Shown: one piece after another, positions 18,805-29,217 of the stretch
Numbering within the stretch: position 1 is the stretch's first letter
Layout: every line of letters begins with the position of its first letter
Assembly: GCA_963771075.1 (NCBI GenBank)
Contig: CAVYSE010000002.1
Coordinates: forward strand, 14,714-78,713
DNA length: 64,000 bases
Direction: 5' to 3'
DNA from: a candidate division FCPU426 bacterium
Lineage (GTDB): Bacteria > Oederibacteriota > Muellerivitia > Muellerivitales > Muellerivitaceae
Made by a program: the position numbers and the translations under genes
Notes under the pieces: generated by a model
Database searches by the model: none
What the model saw: the letters and a program-made list of their open reading frames with translations, nothing else
Told to the model about the DNA's origin: nothing

Positions 18805-20437
18805 CTACGATTTTAGTCCGGTGACGCTGTAGGCTACGACCTTATCGGTTTTACCCTTTACCTTCAAGGGGTCCAGCATGACCGCCTCGATCTTGTGTTT
18901 GACCCTCTCGTAGGTGGCGGCGGAAATCAGGATCTGTCCCTTTTCGGCAACCGACTCCAGGCGCTGGGTCAGGTTCACATTGTCCCCGATGGCGGTGTAT
19001 TCCATGCGCTCGTTGGAGCCGATGTTGCCCACGACCACTTCCCCGGTGTTGATGCCGATGCCTATATTAACCTCTTTTTTTCCCTCCATGCGCCATTTGG
19101 CCTGGAGTTCTTTCATTTTTTCACTCATTTCCACCGCCGCCAGGACCGCCCGTTCCGCGTGGTCGGGCATGTCGATGGGGGCGCCGTAAACCGCCATGAT
19201 GGCGTCGCCCATGAACTTATCCAGCGTACCCTCGTATTTGAAAATGATCGCCGTCATGGCGGTGAAATATTCGTTAAGGATATGGACCACCTGCTCGGCC
19301 GTGAGGGCCTCGGACATGGGGGTAAACCCCCGGATATCCGAGAAAAAGATGGTCACCATTTTCTTTTCCCCGCCCAGTTTCAGGCCATCCTTGTGTTCCA
19401 GGATTCGGTCCACCACGCTCTTGGTGACATATTTGGAGAAGGCCCCCTTGATGACTTCCTTTTCCCTCAGGGACTTGGCCATGTTATTGAAGGCCTCGGT
19501 GAGGTCGCCCAGTTCGTCCGACCGCCGGATATTGATCTTTTGGTCGAAATCGCCGCCCGCGATGGCCGTGACGCCGTTGACCAAGAGACCGATGGGCTTG
19601 ACCAGCAATGTCACGAATAGGGCCATGAAAACAATACCGATTAAGAGGAAGGCCAGGGTGGTGAGGACGATGGCAATTCCCACATAACGAACCACGCGGG
19701 TGATGGAGTTTTGGTTCATGCCCACGTGCACCTCCCCCACCCTGTCCCGTCGGCCCTCGGCGGTGATAAAAATGGGGGTCGCGATGTCGTAAAGGGTTCT
19801 GCCGCCGATTCGGTAGGCTTGGGTCAAAACCGATTCCCCGCCCAGGGGCTTGATGCCCGGGGGGAAGGTATGTGGCGTGTTCGAATACATATTTGGGCTC
19901 ATTGTCGCCCACGATAATCCCGTTTTTCCCGACGATTTTCACGTACTCCATGTCGCCCTTTTTAATCTCGGCCTCATCCGGCCAAAGGAACTGACGGACC
20001 GAGTCGTTGGCGATGTTGGAATAGGAGAGAAGCTGTTCTTGAATGGGGGTAAGCCCGGTGGGAACATCCCGAACCGAATCACTGGACTGTAGGACCATGG
20101 CGTCCTTGGCGGACACAAGGAGGATCGTGCTCACGTCTTCCACCGTCGAGGCGTTGGGGGCCCCCGGGGTCTTGGAGCTTTGAACGGTCACCAACCGAAG
20201 TACCTCTTCCTCGCTGTTGGACGCCAGGCTCCGGGCCTGGGCTTCCCCACGGTCCAAAACCTGCTGGGTCAAGGTTTGGCGGGTTTGATCCAACACCATC
20301 CACGTCACCACAACCATGAGAGAACAGATGAGGACGGTTAAGACCAGGATAAATTTAAAACTGAGAGGAAACAGATGGTGTTTTCGCCTCGGCTTGGCCT
20401 GGGAAGGGGCGCTCGCCGGATTGGATTTCGGATTCAA
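18805..20437 (-). CDS. membrane sensor adenylate/guanylate cyclase (periplasmic sensor - TM - HAMP - class III cyclase domain), interrupted by an apparent single-base frameshift in a C6 run near 19880
   Basis: ORF 19484..20437 gives a TM helix plus an extracytoplasmic domain, then decays into G/R/H-rich read-through after KYVFEHATYLPPG. ORF 18805..19902 supplies the continuation (FPPGIKPLGGE...), a second TM, HAMP (LGDLTEAFNNMAKSLREKE) and the cyclase core (FSDIRGFTPMSE...FMGDAIMAVYGAP). The two frames meet at ccttccccccggg. Confidence 0.65.
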
Positions 20438-20517
20438 GGTAAGGTCCCCTGGCTGAAAGTGACTGAGTGTCTCGTTAATATACGGGATGACCTTTTAGGG
20501 TGTCAAACCGGTGAAAA

Positions 20518-21210
20518 TTAAGGGTTAGAACCGGGTGGGGGGGGTTCCGTGCCACTCGCCTCAGCCACCGCCTCGGCGGGGACTTCGGTCTCTCCCTCTT
20601 CCATGGGGGCGAGGCCCAGCTTGGTCTCGCGACGCCTCAATTCGCCCTCCATTTCCTTCAAAAATTCCGGAGAAGGCCGGTCACCCGCCAGTTCCTGTAT
20701 TTCAGAAACCTTAGGCAGGTCGGAAAGGTCTTTCAACCCGAAATGGATTAGGAATTCATGGGTCGTACCATAGAGTAGGGGGCGGCCTGGAGTCTCGGCC
20801 CGGCCGAGGATACGGATCATTTTCTTTTCCAATAGCGACTGGATGAGATTGGTGACTTCCACACCCCGGATGGCTTCCACCTCGGCGCGGGTCACGGGCT
20901 GTTTATAGGCGATGATGGCCAGGGCTTCCAGGGAAGCCTTGCTGAGGCGGGTCTTGGAAATGACCTTGTAGAGTTCTTTGGCGTAACGGTGAAACTCGCC
21001 CCGGGTGACCAGTTGATATCCCTGCGCGACCGGCAGGACTTGGAAACTGCGGTCCAAACCTTCTATTTCTTCCCGCAACGACTCGAAGGCCTTTTCGACT
21101 TCCTCTTCCTGGGTATCCTTCAGGAAAGAGGAGACCTTCTTGGCCGAGAGGGGGGTTTCGCTCACGAAAAGCAGGCTCTCGAGTATTTTCTTGAGTTGTT
21201 CAATTTCCAT
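20518..21210 (-). CDS. scpB: segregation and condensation protein B (ScpB)
   Basis: ScpB wHTH pattern: ILESLLFVSETPLSAKKV and ALEALAIIAYKQPVTRAEVEAIRGV. Confidence 0.85.
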   Translation of the reverse strand: MEIEQLKKILESLLFVSETPLSAKKVSSFLKDTQEEEVEKAFESLREEIEGLDRSFQVLPVAQGYQLVTRGEFHRYAKELYKVISKTRLSKASLEALAIIAYKQPVTRAEVEAIRGVEVTNLIQSLLEKKMIRILGRAETPGRPLLYGTTHEFLIHFGLKDLSDLPKVSEIQELAGDRPSPEFLKEMEGELRRRETKLGLAPMEEGETEVPAEAVAEASGTEPPPPGSNP

Positions 21211-21426
21211 TTGGTTTCTTTATCCTTTGTAGAACTTATAAAACAATGAACGACCGAGGCGCATGCCGACCCTCCATAAAACATGAAAGGAGGCCGGTAT
21301 CGTCCCTATTTCTTTGGTCCATGGGGCCAAGGGGGACCGAGATTCGGGAAAGGAATGGCCAATCCCAGGACCCTTTTCATAATATTATCTCCGTGCCTCC
21401 GGGTCCCCGTGGTGAAATCTTTTTGT

Positions 21427-22272
21427 TTAAGCGGTTGGGTTTGCCGGCGGTTCGGACTGGACCAGGATGACCTCGATTTCCCCGAACACCTTGTTTTGCA
21501 CGACCCGGACCAACTTCAAACGGATCAATTCCAACAGGGCCAAAAGGGCCACGATCTTCTCGGTTTTAGTGCGGCAAGATTCCAAAAACGGCCGGAAGAC
21601 GACCCGGGGACTGTCCTGCAGCACGTCCATCAGGTCGTTGATCTTCTGGCTCACCGTGATCTCGGGCCGGTCCAACTCGGCCGACACGTCTTCCTGGGAA
21701 TGGATGAGGATGTCCTTATAGGCCGCCAGGAGGCCGAAGAGGGTGACTTCCTCCAGCCTTTCCTCCTCCTCCCCTTCCTTTTGTTCGGACGACACCGCCC
21801 GGGGCAACAGATGCTGGCGGTTCTTTTCCAGGCCCATCAGCTGGTCCGCGGCGTCCCTGAACTTTTTATATTCCAGCAGGCGGCGCATCAGCTCCATCCG
21901 CGGGTCCTCTTCCGGCTCGTCCGGGGTGGCATCCAGGGGAAGCAGCATTCGGCTCTTGATCTGCATCAGGGTGGCGGCCATGACCAAAAAATCACCCGCG
22001 ATCTCCAGGTTCATCGCCTTCAGGATCTCGATGTAGGCCAGGTACTCCTTTGTGATGCGGGAAATGGGAATATCGTAAATGTCGAGCTCATGTTCCTTGA
22101 TCAGGTGAAGCAGCAGGTCCATGGGCCCGTCGAAGGAAGGCAGGGTGATCTGGTAGGTGGCCCGCTGGTCCTCGGGATGGAGGATTTCCTTGATGCCCAC
22201 CATCCTGGTTTCGGAGGAAAGTTGGATCGAGAAAGAACTGGGCGGCGGCGTTTCGGGTGTCGCTTCGCTCAC
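21427..22272 (-). CDS. scpA: segregation and condensation protein A (ScpA)
   Basis: FDGPMDLLLHLIKEHELDIYDIPISRITKEYL. Gene order is scpA-scpB. Confidence 0.85.
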   Translation of the reverse strand: MSEATPETPPPSSFSIQLSSETRMVGIKEILHPEDQRATYQITLPSFDGPMDLLLHLIKEHELDIYDIPISRITKEYLAYIEILKAMNLEIAGDFLVMAATLMQIKSRMLLPLDATPDEPEEDPRMELMRRLLEYKKFRDAADQLMGLEKNRQHLLPRAVSSEQKEGEEEERLEEVTLFGLLAAYKDILIHSQEDVSAELDRPEITVSQKINDLMDVLQDSPRVVFRPFLESCRTKTEKIVALLALLELIRLKLVRVVQNKVFGEIEVILVQSEPPANPTA

Positions 22273-23315
22273 AGGCCCCCCTCCCTCGATAGTTCCTTCT
22301 TGATCTTGGAGACCGGAATGCCGGTTGCCTCATAGACCTGTTCCATGGTCCGGGCCGCGGCTTGCCGAGCCTTTCGGGCGCTTTGGACCAGCACGTCCTC
22401 CACCCGAGCGGGCTGGGCGTCCAATTGTTTCCTTTTTTCACGAATCGCCCCGCCGAAGGTTTCCTCCAGTTTGGCGGCGAGGAGTTTTTTCGCGTCGCCG
22501 TAGCCCATACCGCCCTTGCGGAATCCCCGCTCCATTTCGGCGGCTTCCTCCGGCTTGGCGACCAATTGGTAAAGCTGGTAAAGGACGCTCTCCTCCGGGT
22601 CCTTGGGGTCGGCGACCCCCTTGGAATCGGTGATGATCCCCATGACCTTCTTTTTGATCTCGGCGGGTTCCCCGAAAATGGGAAGCACGCTCGCCTCGTC
22701 GCTTTTGCTCATCTTCCCGCCGGTCAAACCCATGACCTTGGGCGCCTCGCTCAAGATCCCTTCGGGAAGCTTGAACACTTCCCTGCCGAAGGCGTGGTTG
22801 AAGTATCCCGCCATGTCGCGGGTCATCTCGATATGCTGGACCTGATCCTGGCCCACCGGGACCTTGTCGCTCTGGTAGATGAGGATATCCGCGGCCATCA
22901 AAACGGGGTAGAAAAACAATCCCACGGAAGGCGGGATGCCCCGGGCCAACTTGTCCTTGAAGGAATGGGCCCTTTCCAGGAGACCCATCCCCGTCACGGT
23001 CGAGAGGATCCAGGACAATTCGGTCACTTCCGGCACGTCGCTCTGCCGGAAGATCAAGGCCTTCGCGGGATCCAACCCCAGGGCCAGGTAATCGGCGGCC
23101 ACCATGAAGGTATAACGGGAAAGCTCATCCCGGTTCTGGATGGTCGTGAAAGCGTGGTAATTGGCGATGAAATAGAAGCATTCGCCCTCATCCTGCAGGC
23201 GGATGTGGTTTTGGATGGCCCCGAAATAATTGCCCAGGTGCAACCGGCCGCTGGGTTGGACGCCGGAAAGGTACCGGACGGGCGCTTTGGCATGGGATGG
23301 GGAGGACAAGTTCAC
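22269..23315 (-). CDS. trpS: tryptophan--tRNA ligase
   Basis: HIGH-like SGVQPSGRLHLGNYFG and the KMSKS motif (GGKMSKSDEA). Length 348 aa. Confidence 0.9.
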   Translation of the reverse strand: MNLSSPSHAKAPVRYLSGVQPSGRLHLGNYFGAIQNHIRLQDEGECFYFIANYHAFTTIQNRDELSRYTFMVAADYLALGLDPAKALIFRQSDVPEVTELSWILSTVTGMGLLERAHSFKDKLARGIPPSVGLFFYPVLMAADILIYQSDKVPVGQDQVQHIEMTRDMAGYFNHAFGREVFKLPEGILSEAPKVMGLTGGKMSKSDEASVLPIFGEPAEIKKKVMGIITDSKGVADPKDPEESVLYQLYQLVAKPEEAAEMERGFRKGGMGYGDAKKLLAAKLEETFGGAIREKRKQLDAQPARVEDVLVQSARKARQAAARTMEQVYEATGIPVSKIKKELSREGGL

Positions 23316-23341
23316 CTCGTGATTATAATCGGGGATAGGGT

Positions 23342-24034
23342 TTAGCTGAGATTGATATATGAGGCAAGATGACCCAACCCCATCAGGTGGAGGCCGAAAA
23401 AAAGACAGGCGACCACGGGATCAAAGATGTAATTGAAGATATTCCGGAACATGAGAAGCGCGCCCAACAACACCAAGGCCCCGTAACGGTCCACCTGGGA
23501 AAGTTTATAAGCCCAGGGCCCCGGCAATAAGGCCTTCAAAATCCACGACCCATCCAAAGGGAATATGGGGATCAGGTTGAAGACCGCCAGCGCGAAATTG
23601 ATCCAGAAGAAGGTGCTGAAAAAAGTCACAAAGCTGAATTCAGCGGAGGAGCCGGGTTGTGCGAATTGGGTTAAATCCAGTATCGCGAAAGCCGTCAGGG
23701 CGACCAGGCAAAGCCCCATGTTGGCCAGGGGGCCCGCCAGGGCCACCAGGGCCCCATCCTTCCGGGGATTCTTAAAATTCTCAGGGGTGATGGGGACCGG
23801 CTTGGCCCAGCCAAAGAACAAACTACCCGGAAAAACCAGGCGAAGCAGGGGGAAAAGAATGGTGCCAATGGGGTCCGCATGGGCCATGGGGTTAATGGTC
23901 AGGCGGCCCAGCATTCGGGGGGTAGGGTCTCCCAGGCGGTCCGCCATGTAGGCATGGCCGAACTCATGCAAGCTCAAGGAAAACAAGAGAATGGTGAAGT
24001 TCATTAAGATGGAGACGATTTGCTGCTGATCCAA
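23342..24034 (-). CDS. site-2 protease family (M50) membrane zinc metalloprotease
   Basis: HEFGHAY zinc-binding motif in a polytopic membrane protein. Confidence 0.7.
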   Translation of the reverse strand: MDQQQIVSILMNFTILLFSLSLHEFGHAYMADRLGDPTPRMLGRLTINPMAHADPIGTILFPLLRLVFPGSLFFGWAKPVPITPENFKNPRKDGALVALAGPLANMGLCLVALTAFAILDLTQFAQPGSSAEFSFVTFFSTFFWINFALAVFNLIPIFPLDGSWILKALLPGPWAYKLSQVDRYGALVLLGALLMFRNIFNYIFDPVVACLFFGLHLMGLGHLASYINLS

Positions 24035-24162
24035 AAGGCTTCCCCTTAAAAGTCGAAAAATGAGGGGATAACTTTACTTGATGCGGGGCTTCGGCGCAAC
24101 CGGCTAAAAAAAGCCTAAGAACCAAGGATGCCCTTGGTTTCGATGAAATTTTCAAGATTCTT

Positions 24163-25425
24163 TTAATTCGCGAAGGTGTCCTTCACCCACTTCAAAGTCT
24201 GGGAGCGATTCCTGAACTTTCCGTCCAATTGGCCGTTCAAAGCTTCCAACAGGATGAACGAATATTGGAACCCCGGTTCGATCCCCATGGCTTGAAGGTC
24301 CTTGCCCCTTACCCAAGGTTTGGAGGTTTGGATCTTCTGGAAATAGACCTTGAGCCGAGTGTGCGATGCGCCCCGGGAAGCCGCCAGGAGATAACATTGG
24401 ACCTCCGGACGCAACGGACACAAGAGTTTATACATTTGGCTCGTCGTGATCTTGGAATCGGCCAGCTTCCCCAACATCGCAGGATAGGCCTGGGCGGACT
24501 GGAGAACGATCTTTTGCTCGGCCCGCGAAAGCATCATGCGTTTCGTCAGGGCACGAGCCTCGGCCTCCGAGGGTTTCGCAAGCAGGGCCTGGAACCAAAC
24601 CATGGTCTCCTCATCCAAAGGGATCTTCAGCTTTCGGAAATACTCCATCGCGGCGGGGATTCCGGGTAAAAAAGCCCGGGTCGCCGGAAGAACATCCAGG
24701 GAAGGATGAATATGTCTCAGGACGCCCAACTCCTTCAGGCGCCTGACTGCTTTTTCCGGATGGGGTTCCTTGAAAATAAGGCGCAGTTCATTGCGCAGCC
24801 TTTCACCGGAAACCCGGCGGATGAACTCGCCTTTCACCGACTTCAGGAGCCACCGTTGGGTTTGGCTCTCGATGCGTTTTTGGAATCTCTGCTCAAAACG
24901 CACCGCGCGGAAAATGCGCGTGGGATCGTCCTCGAAGCTTTTCGAGTGCAGGGCCCGGATGCGCCCCTTTTGGAGGTCGACCCACCCGTTGTAGGGGTCC
25001 AATAAATGGAGGAAATTTCCAGAGGACAGGCTCAAGGCCATCGCGTTCAGGGTGAAGTCGCGGCGGTAAAGGTCTTGGACGATTCCGCTCTTTTCCACTT
25101 TCGGCAAGGCTCCCGGATGGTCGTAGGATTCCCGGCGCGCGGTGGCCACGTCCACCTTGCCGAACCCCGGCACCACCACGATGGAAGTTCCGAATTGGGT
25201 GAAGGCTTCCACCTCGGACCCGTAGGCATGGGCCAGTTTCTCGGCGAAGGTAAGCCCATCGCCCTCCACGGTGATGTCGATATCCATTCCGCTCTTGCGC
25301 AGGAGCAAGTCCCTGACAAAACCTCCCACCGCATAGGCCATCTCACCCCTTTGTTCGGCCAGTTGGCCTATCCTTTTCAAAAGGGACAGGGTTTTGGCTG
25401 GGATTCGGTCTTGGAATCGGATCAT
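24163..25425 (-). CDS. cca: tRNA nucleotidyltransferase / poly(A) polymerase family protein (CCA-adding enzyme-like)
   Basis: Pol-beta nucleotidyltransferase head (AYAVGGFVRDLLLRKSGMDIDITVEGD) and RDFTLNAMA. The start is assigned to the internal Met (MIRFQ...) because the upstream part of the ORF overlaps yraN. Confidence 0.7.
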   Translation of the reverse strand: MIRFQDRIPAKTLSLLKRIGQLAEQRGEMAYAVGGFVRDLLLRKSGMDIDITVEGDGLTFAEKLAHAYGSEVEAFTQFGTSIVVVPGFGKVDVATARRESYDHPGALPKVEKSGIVQDLYRRDFTLNAMALSLSSGNFLHLLDPYNGWVDLQKGRIRALHSKSFEDDPTRIFRAVRFEQRFQKRIESQTQRWLLKSVKGEFIRRVSGERLRNELRLIFKEPHPEKAVRRLKELGVLRHIHPSLDVLPATRAFLPGIPAAMEYFRKLKIPLDEETMVWFQALLAKPSEAEARALTKRMMLSRAEQKIVLQSAQAYPAMLGKLADSKITTSQMYKLLCPLRPEVQCYLLAASRGASHTRLKVYFQKIQTSKPWVRGKDLQAMGIEPGFQYSFILLEALNGQLDGKFRNRSQTLKWVKDTFAN

Positions 25426-25462
25426 TTGAAACCTCCGGCCTTTTGAGTAGTTGGAAAAACCC

Positions 25463-25846
25463 TTACACGTTATACCCTTCTTCGGACGTGAAAGCATTGG
25501 AAAGATGCTGGATGCGGGGTAACCCCAATAGGTTTTTGGCTGGGGAAAGGGCGACCACGTCAAACCGTGCGCTTCGAGGTTCCCCCGGGTAGCGGGCGAG
25601 GAAGACCGCCGCGGCGGCGGAGAGGCGGCTGATCTTATGGGCTGTCACGGCTTCCAGGGGGGAACCTTTGGAATAGGTGGTCCTTCGTTTGACCTCGACA
25701 AACACGATCGTATCACCCTTGCGGCAAACCAGGTCGATCTCGCCCTGGGGAACCCGGTAGTTCCGCTCCAGGATTTTGTAGCCCTTCAGGCGCAAATAGA
25801 CGGCCGCGATCGCCTCTCCCCGGCGGCCGACCTTGTGCGTGCTCAT
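25463..25846 (-). CDS. yraN: YraN family (UPF0102) putative endonuclease
   Basis: VGRRGEAIAAVYLRLKGYKILERNYRVPQGEIDLVCRKGDTIVFVEVKRR. Confidence 0.8.
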   Translation of the reverse strand: MSTHKVGRRGEAIAAVYLRLKGYKILERNYRVPQGEIDLVCRKGDTIVFVEVKRRTTYSKGSPLEAVTAHKISRLSAAAAVFLARYPGEPRSARFDVVALSPAKNLLGLPRIQHLSNAFTSEEGYNV

Positions 25847-26820
25847 GATCCGGAACCCTTCAATTGAAACGCCCGCCGGGAATAGACCTCCCTCAACCGG
25901 TTTAATTCATCCTCGTTCAGGGTGCCGCCCGCCATCCGCTTGATGCTCAGGCCGGTTTTTTTCAGGTCCGCCGCGGATTTCGCCTCTTCCAACTTGCCGC
26001 TCCAAAAGCCGAAGTTTCCCTGAGGGTGCTTCGCGGCCTGGGCCTGGGCGACGGGGGCGAAACTGAGCCGGTGCTCGGGGCAAAGACCCTTTTCCTGGAT
26101 CGCCGCCAGGTGCTCCGGGGTGCCGTAACCCTTGTGGGAAGCGAACCCGTAACCCGGGTAGCGGGTTTCCAAATCCATCAACATTTTGTCCCTCGCTACC
26201 TTGGCCAAGATGGAAGCGGAAGCGATGCTCAAGGAGAGCGCGTCCCCATGGGTGAGGGCTTTTTGCGGAAGGTGCTTGAAATTCGGCAGGGGCATGGCGT
26301 CGGTGAGCAGTCCATCGGGGGGAATGGGCAGGGCCTGGATGGCCCTTTCCATGGCCAGACGGGCCGCCTGGTAAATATTGATCTCGTCGATTTCACTCGC
26401 GGTGGCTTGGCCGATCCCGAAGGCCAGGGCCTTTCCCCGGATGGTCCCGTCCAGTTCCTCCCTTTTCGAGGGGGTCAGTTTTTTGGAGTCGTTCACCCCT
26501 GCCAATAGCAATCCGGGTGGCAGGATGACCGCCGCCGCCACCACCGGACCCACCAGGGGCCCCCGGCCCGCCTCGTCGATACCGGCGATGAGTTTGCAAC
26601 CCAAAGCCTGCAATTCCCTTTCGGGGGCCAGCATGGCCTGGAGGCGTTCCGTTTCCAGGATTTCTTTTCGGAGTTTTTTCTCGAACTTGAGGAAGAGCTT
26701 TTCGGCGGCGGGACGGACGTCCCCTTGCAGTTGATTCCTTAGAAAATGGAGGGCCTCACCCGTCGACCCTTTTTCGAGGGCCTCCAGCTCAAGGCTTCGG
26801 AGCGGGGGTTGGCTTGTCAT
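25843..26820 (-). CDS. rnhB: ribonuclease HII with a ~70-aa C-terminal extension; start uncertain (candidates 26820 or 26634)
   Basis: RNase HII catalytic region IAGIDEAGRGPLVGPVVAAAVIL...DSKKL. The long ORF (to 26946) overlaps the upstream lipoprotein gene, so an internal start is assumed. Confidence 0.75.
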   Translation of the reverse strand: MTSQPPLRSLELEALEKGSTGEALHFLRNQLQGDVRPAAEKLFLKFEKKLRKEILETERLQAMLAPERELQALGCKLIAGIDEAGRGPLVGPVVAAAVILPPGLLLAGVNDSKKLTPSKREELDGTIRGKALAFGIGQATASEIDEINIYQAARLAMERAIQALPIPPDGLLTDAMPLPNFKHLPQKALTHGDALSLSIASASILAKVARDKMLMDLETRYPGYGFASHKGYGTPEHLAAIQEKGLCPEHRLSFAPVAQAQAAKHPQGNFGFWSGKLEEAKSAADLKKTGLSIKRMAGGTLNEDELNRLREVYSRRAFQLKGSGS

Positions 26821-28630
26821 TCGGGGTGGAAGGAGCGCTCGGAGTGGCTTGCGCCCCGGAAGCGGGCTGGTCGTCGGATTCGGTTTCGTCATCCGGAGTC
26901 GGTTGGATGACTGAAGTGGGTACGGCGATCGGGGTGGTTCCGGCATTCGCTGAAGCTTTGGCCTTCACAACCGGTATGGGACGGGTTTGGGCCGCGGGAG
27001 TATTTCCCTCGACATCAACGATGGGCTTCGGAGGCGCGGTCAGGAGGGTCAGGGGGGCCGCCTCGCTTAAAACCCGGTCATTGGTTTTTAACAAGGCCTT
27101 CAAGACAACCGGATAATCCGGTTTTTCGTCCTTTTTCATCCGGATCAGGACGTTCACGGATTTGAGCTCGGAGGAGGAAATGGTCCCGATTTCCAGGTCC
27201 ATGGCGTCGTCTTTCATTTTCCACTCGCCGGTGACGGCGGCCGGTTTTTTCAGGGCGGGCGCGGAAGGAGCCGGCCCCCCCGAGGGAGTCCCCACTACCG
27301 AAGGGGCGGTACCGGGCAAGGGGGTGGGGGTCATCGTCCACGCGGGGGTCGCCGTCAGGGGGGGACGTTCGGAGGAACCCGTATCGGAAGGGTTCACGGA
27401 CGGATTCGCCAGGGGGGTCGGGGTGGCGAGGGGAACCATTTCAAACCCCTTGGGCAGGGGCAGTTCAAAGGTGGACAGGGGCGAGGTTTTGGGGCTTTGG
27501 TTCTGGAAGGTAAAGTTCAGGGTGTAAAAGGGTTTGGCCTTGTTGGGTTTCTGGGCCACTTCACCCTTGAAAAGGAAGTCGAACTTGGCCATTTCCCCGT
27601 TGGGTTGGTACCGGAGGATGGTTCCATTCGCCCCGACGATGAACCCCATATCGCCGGAAAAGGCGATCCCGTTCAGGGATGGTTTCCCGGTGGGTTTGAC
27701 GTGGGAAATCCAGCGGCTGCCATCGTAAAAGATGAGGGTGCCGTCCTGGCCCGTGGCCCATCCGTTGCTCTCGTCCTTCATCCAGACCTTGTAGAGGTCA
27801 AAACCCGAGAAAGCGGTTCCCATCTTGTTCCAGGTCGTGCCGTTGAATTGGAGGATCGTTCCGAAGGCGCCGACCGCCCAGGCCTGAACGTCGTTGATGA
27901 CCGAAACGCTGTTGAGCCGCTCGGTGGTGGGATTGCCGGGGAAGGGGGCCCAGGTTTGGCCGTCAAATTTGATGATGGTCCCCAGGTTACCTACCGCCCA
28001 GCCATTGTTCTCATCGGTCAGGGACAGGCTGTAGAGGTCATTCTTGATGGTGGAGGCCGCCGCAGCGGTAGTCGCGGGACTGATTACCTGCAGTGCGCCC
28101 CAGGAAATCCCGTTGAACTTCAAGAGGGTGCCGTTGGACCCTACGACCCAGACCGTGTGGGATTTCGTGACCGCCACGTCGTAGAGGGTTTCGGTGGAAC
28201 CGGAATCGGGTTGACTCCACTGGCCGTTGTTGTAATAGAGGATGGTGCCGTGGGAGCCCACAAACCACCCCTCGGTCTCATTGATGAAGGCCACCGATAA
28301 AAGGTTCTCGTTCTTGGCGTAGCCGCTGTCCACCCGGCCCCAAGTCTCCCCGTCCCATTTAAGGATGGTGCCGTTGTTGCCGCAGGCCCAACCCGCCTTT
28401 TTATTGATCATGAAGACGTCGTTCAGGGCGTCGGTGACGGTGATGGTCACGGGAAAGGAAACCCAGTAGATGACGTCGGAGTCGGCGGCGGACCCGGCGT
28501 CCGTCTGGTTGGCCTTGGAAGGGGACAAGGGGCTGACGGCCCCGCTGCCCGAACAACCCGCCATCAGGCCCAACCCGAGGGCTACGGATAAAGCCAGAAA
28601 AAGAAATAGAAGGTTCAGTGGTTTTTTCAT
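26789..28630 (-). CDS. large lipoprotein with beta-propeller-like repeats (Ycf48/BNR-like) and a Pro/Thr/Ala-rich C-terminal tail
   Basis: Lipobox signal peptide MKKPLNLLFLFLALSVALGLGLMAGC. Repeated GTIL.WDG.TW and GS.GTLLKF.G..W blades. It is inserted between rplS and rnhB. Confidence 0.5.
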   Translation of the reverse strand: MKKPLNLLFLFLALSVALGLGLMAGCSGSGAVSPLSPSKANQTDAGSAADSDVIYWVSFPVTITVTDALNDVFMINKKAGWACGNNGTILKWDGETWGRVDSGYAKNENLLSVAFINETEGWFVGSHGTILYYNNGQWSQPDSGSTETLYDVAVTKSHTVWVVGSNGTLLKFNGISWGALQVISPATTAAAASTIKNDLYSLSLTDENNGWAVGNLGTIIKFDGQTWAPFPGNPTTERLNSVSVINDVQAWAVGAFGTILQFNGTTWNKMGTAFSGFDLYKVWMKDESNGWATGQDGTLIFYDGSRWISHVKPTGKPSLNGIAFSGDMGFIVGANGTILRYQPNGEMAKFDFLFKGEVAQKPNKAKPFYTLNFTFQNQSPKTSPLSTFELPLPKGFEMVPLATPTPLANPSVNPSDTGSSERPPLTATPAWTMTPTPLPGTAPSVVGTPSGGPAPSAPALKKPAAVTGEWKMKDDAMDLEIGTISSSELKSVNVLIRMKKDEKPDYPVVLKALLKTNDRVLSEAAPLTLLTAPPKPIVDVEGNTPAAQTRPIPVVKAKASANAGTTPIAVPTSVIQPTPDDETESDDQPASGAQATPSAPSTPNDKPTPAPKP

Positions 28631-28737
28631 GAAGGGCTATCCTACCTTTGACGCGCAAGCCGCGCAAGCCGGGTCGGAGGCATAAAAAAACCGCCCCCGC
28701 TATGAAAAGCGGGGGCGGTCGTGAGACGGGGATCCAA

Positions 28738-29217
28738 TCAGGCTTGGGCTGACTTCTCGGGCGTCGCGGAAGTTGCCGCGGCGGGAGCTTCCACCGGGGC
28801 GGGAGCCACGGTTTCGGGGGTCAGGGTCGCGGCGGATTCGGCCGTTTCCTCGCCTGGAACCTTGACGCCGCGCTTGCTTTCCTGGATGCGGGCGGCCTTC
28901 TTCGTGAGCTTCCCGCGTAGGTAGAACAGCTTGCCCCGCCGGACCCTGCCCGAACGGGTGACCTTGATATCCTTGATCATGGGGGACTGGACGTAGAAGG
29001 TCTTTTCCACCCCGACCCCGTAGGACAATTTGCGGACCGTAAAGCGCATGCGGGGTCCGCGGCCCTGCAGGCCGATGACCACGCCCTCATAGGCCTGGAT
29101 CCTTTCCTTCTCGCCTTCCTTGATGCGCAGGGAAATCTTGACCGAATCGCCCACCTTGAAGGGCACGGCCTTCCGGATCACCTGGGTTGCCTCGAATTTA
29201 CGGATTATCTCGTTCAT
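28738..29217 (-). CDS. rplS: 50S ribosomal protein L19 with an ~45-aa Ala/Pro-rich C-terminal extension
   Basis: MNEIIRKFEATQVIRKAVPFKVGDSVKI...IQAYEGVVIGLQGRG. Start taken at the internal Met. Confidence 0.9.
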   Translation of the reverse strand: MNEIIRKFEATQVIRKAVPFKVGDSVKISLRIKEGEKERIQAYEGVVIGLQGRGPRMRFTVRKLSYGVGVEKTFYVQSPMIKDIKVTRSGRVRRGKLFYLRGKLTKKAARIQESKRGVKVPGEETAESAATLTPETVAPAPVEAPAAATSATPEKSAQA

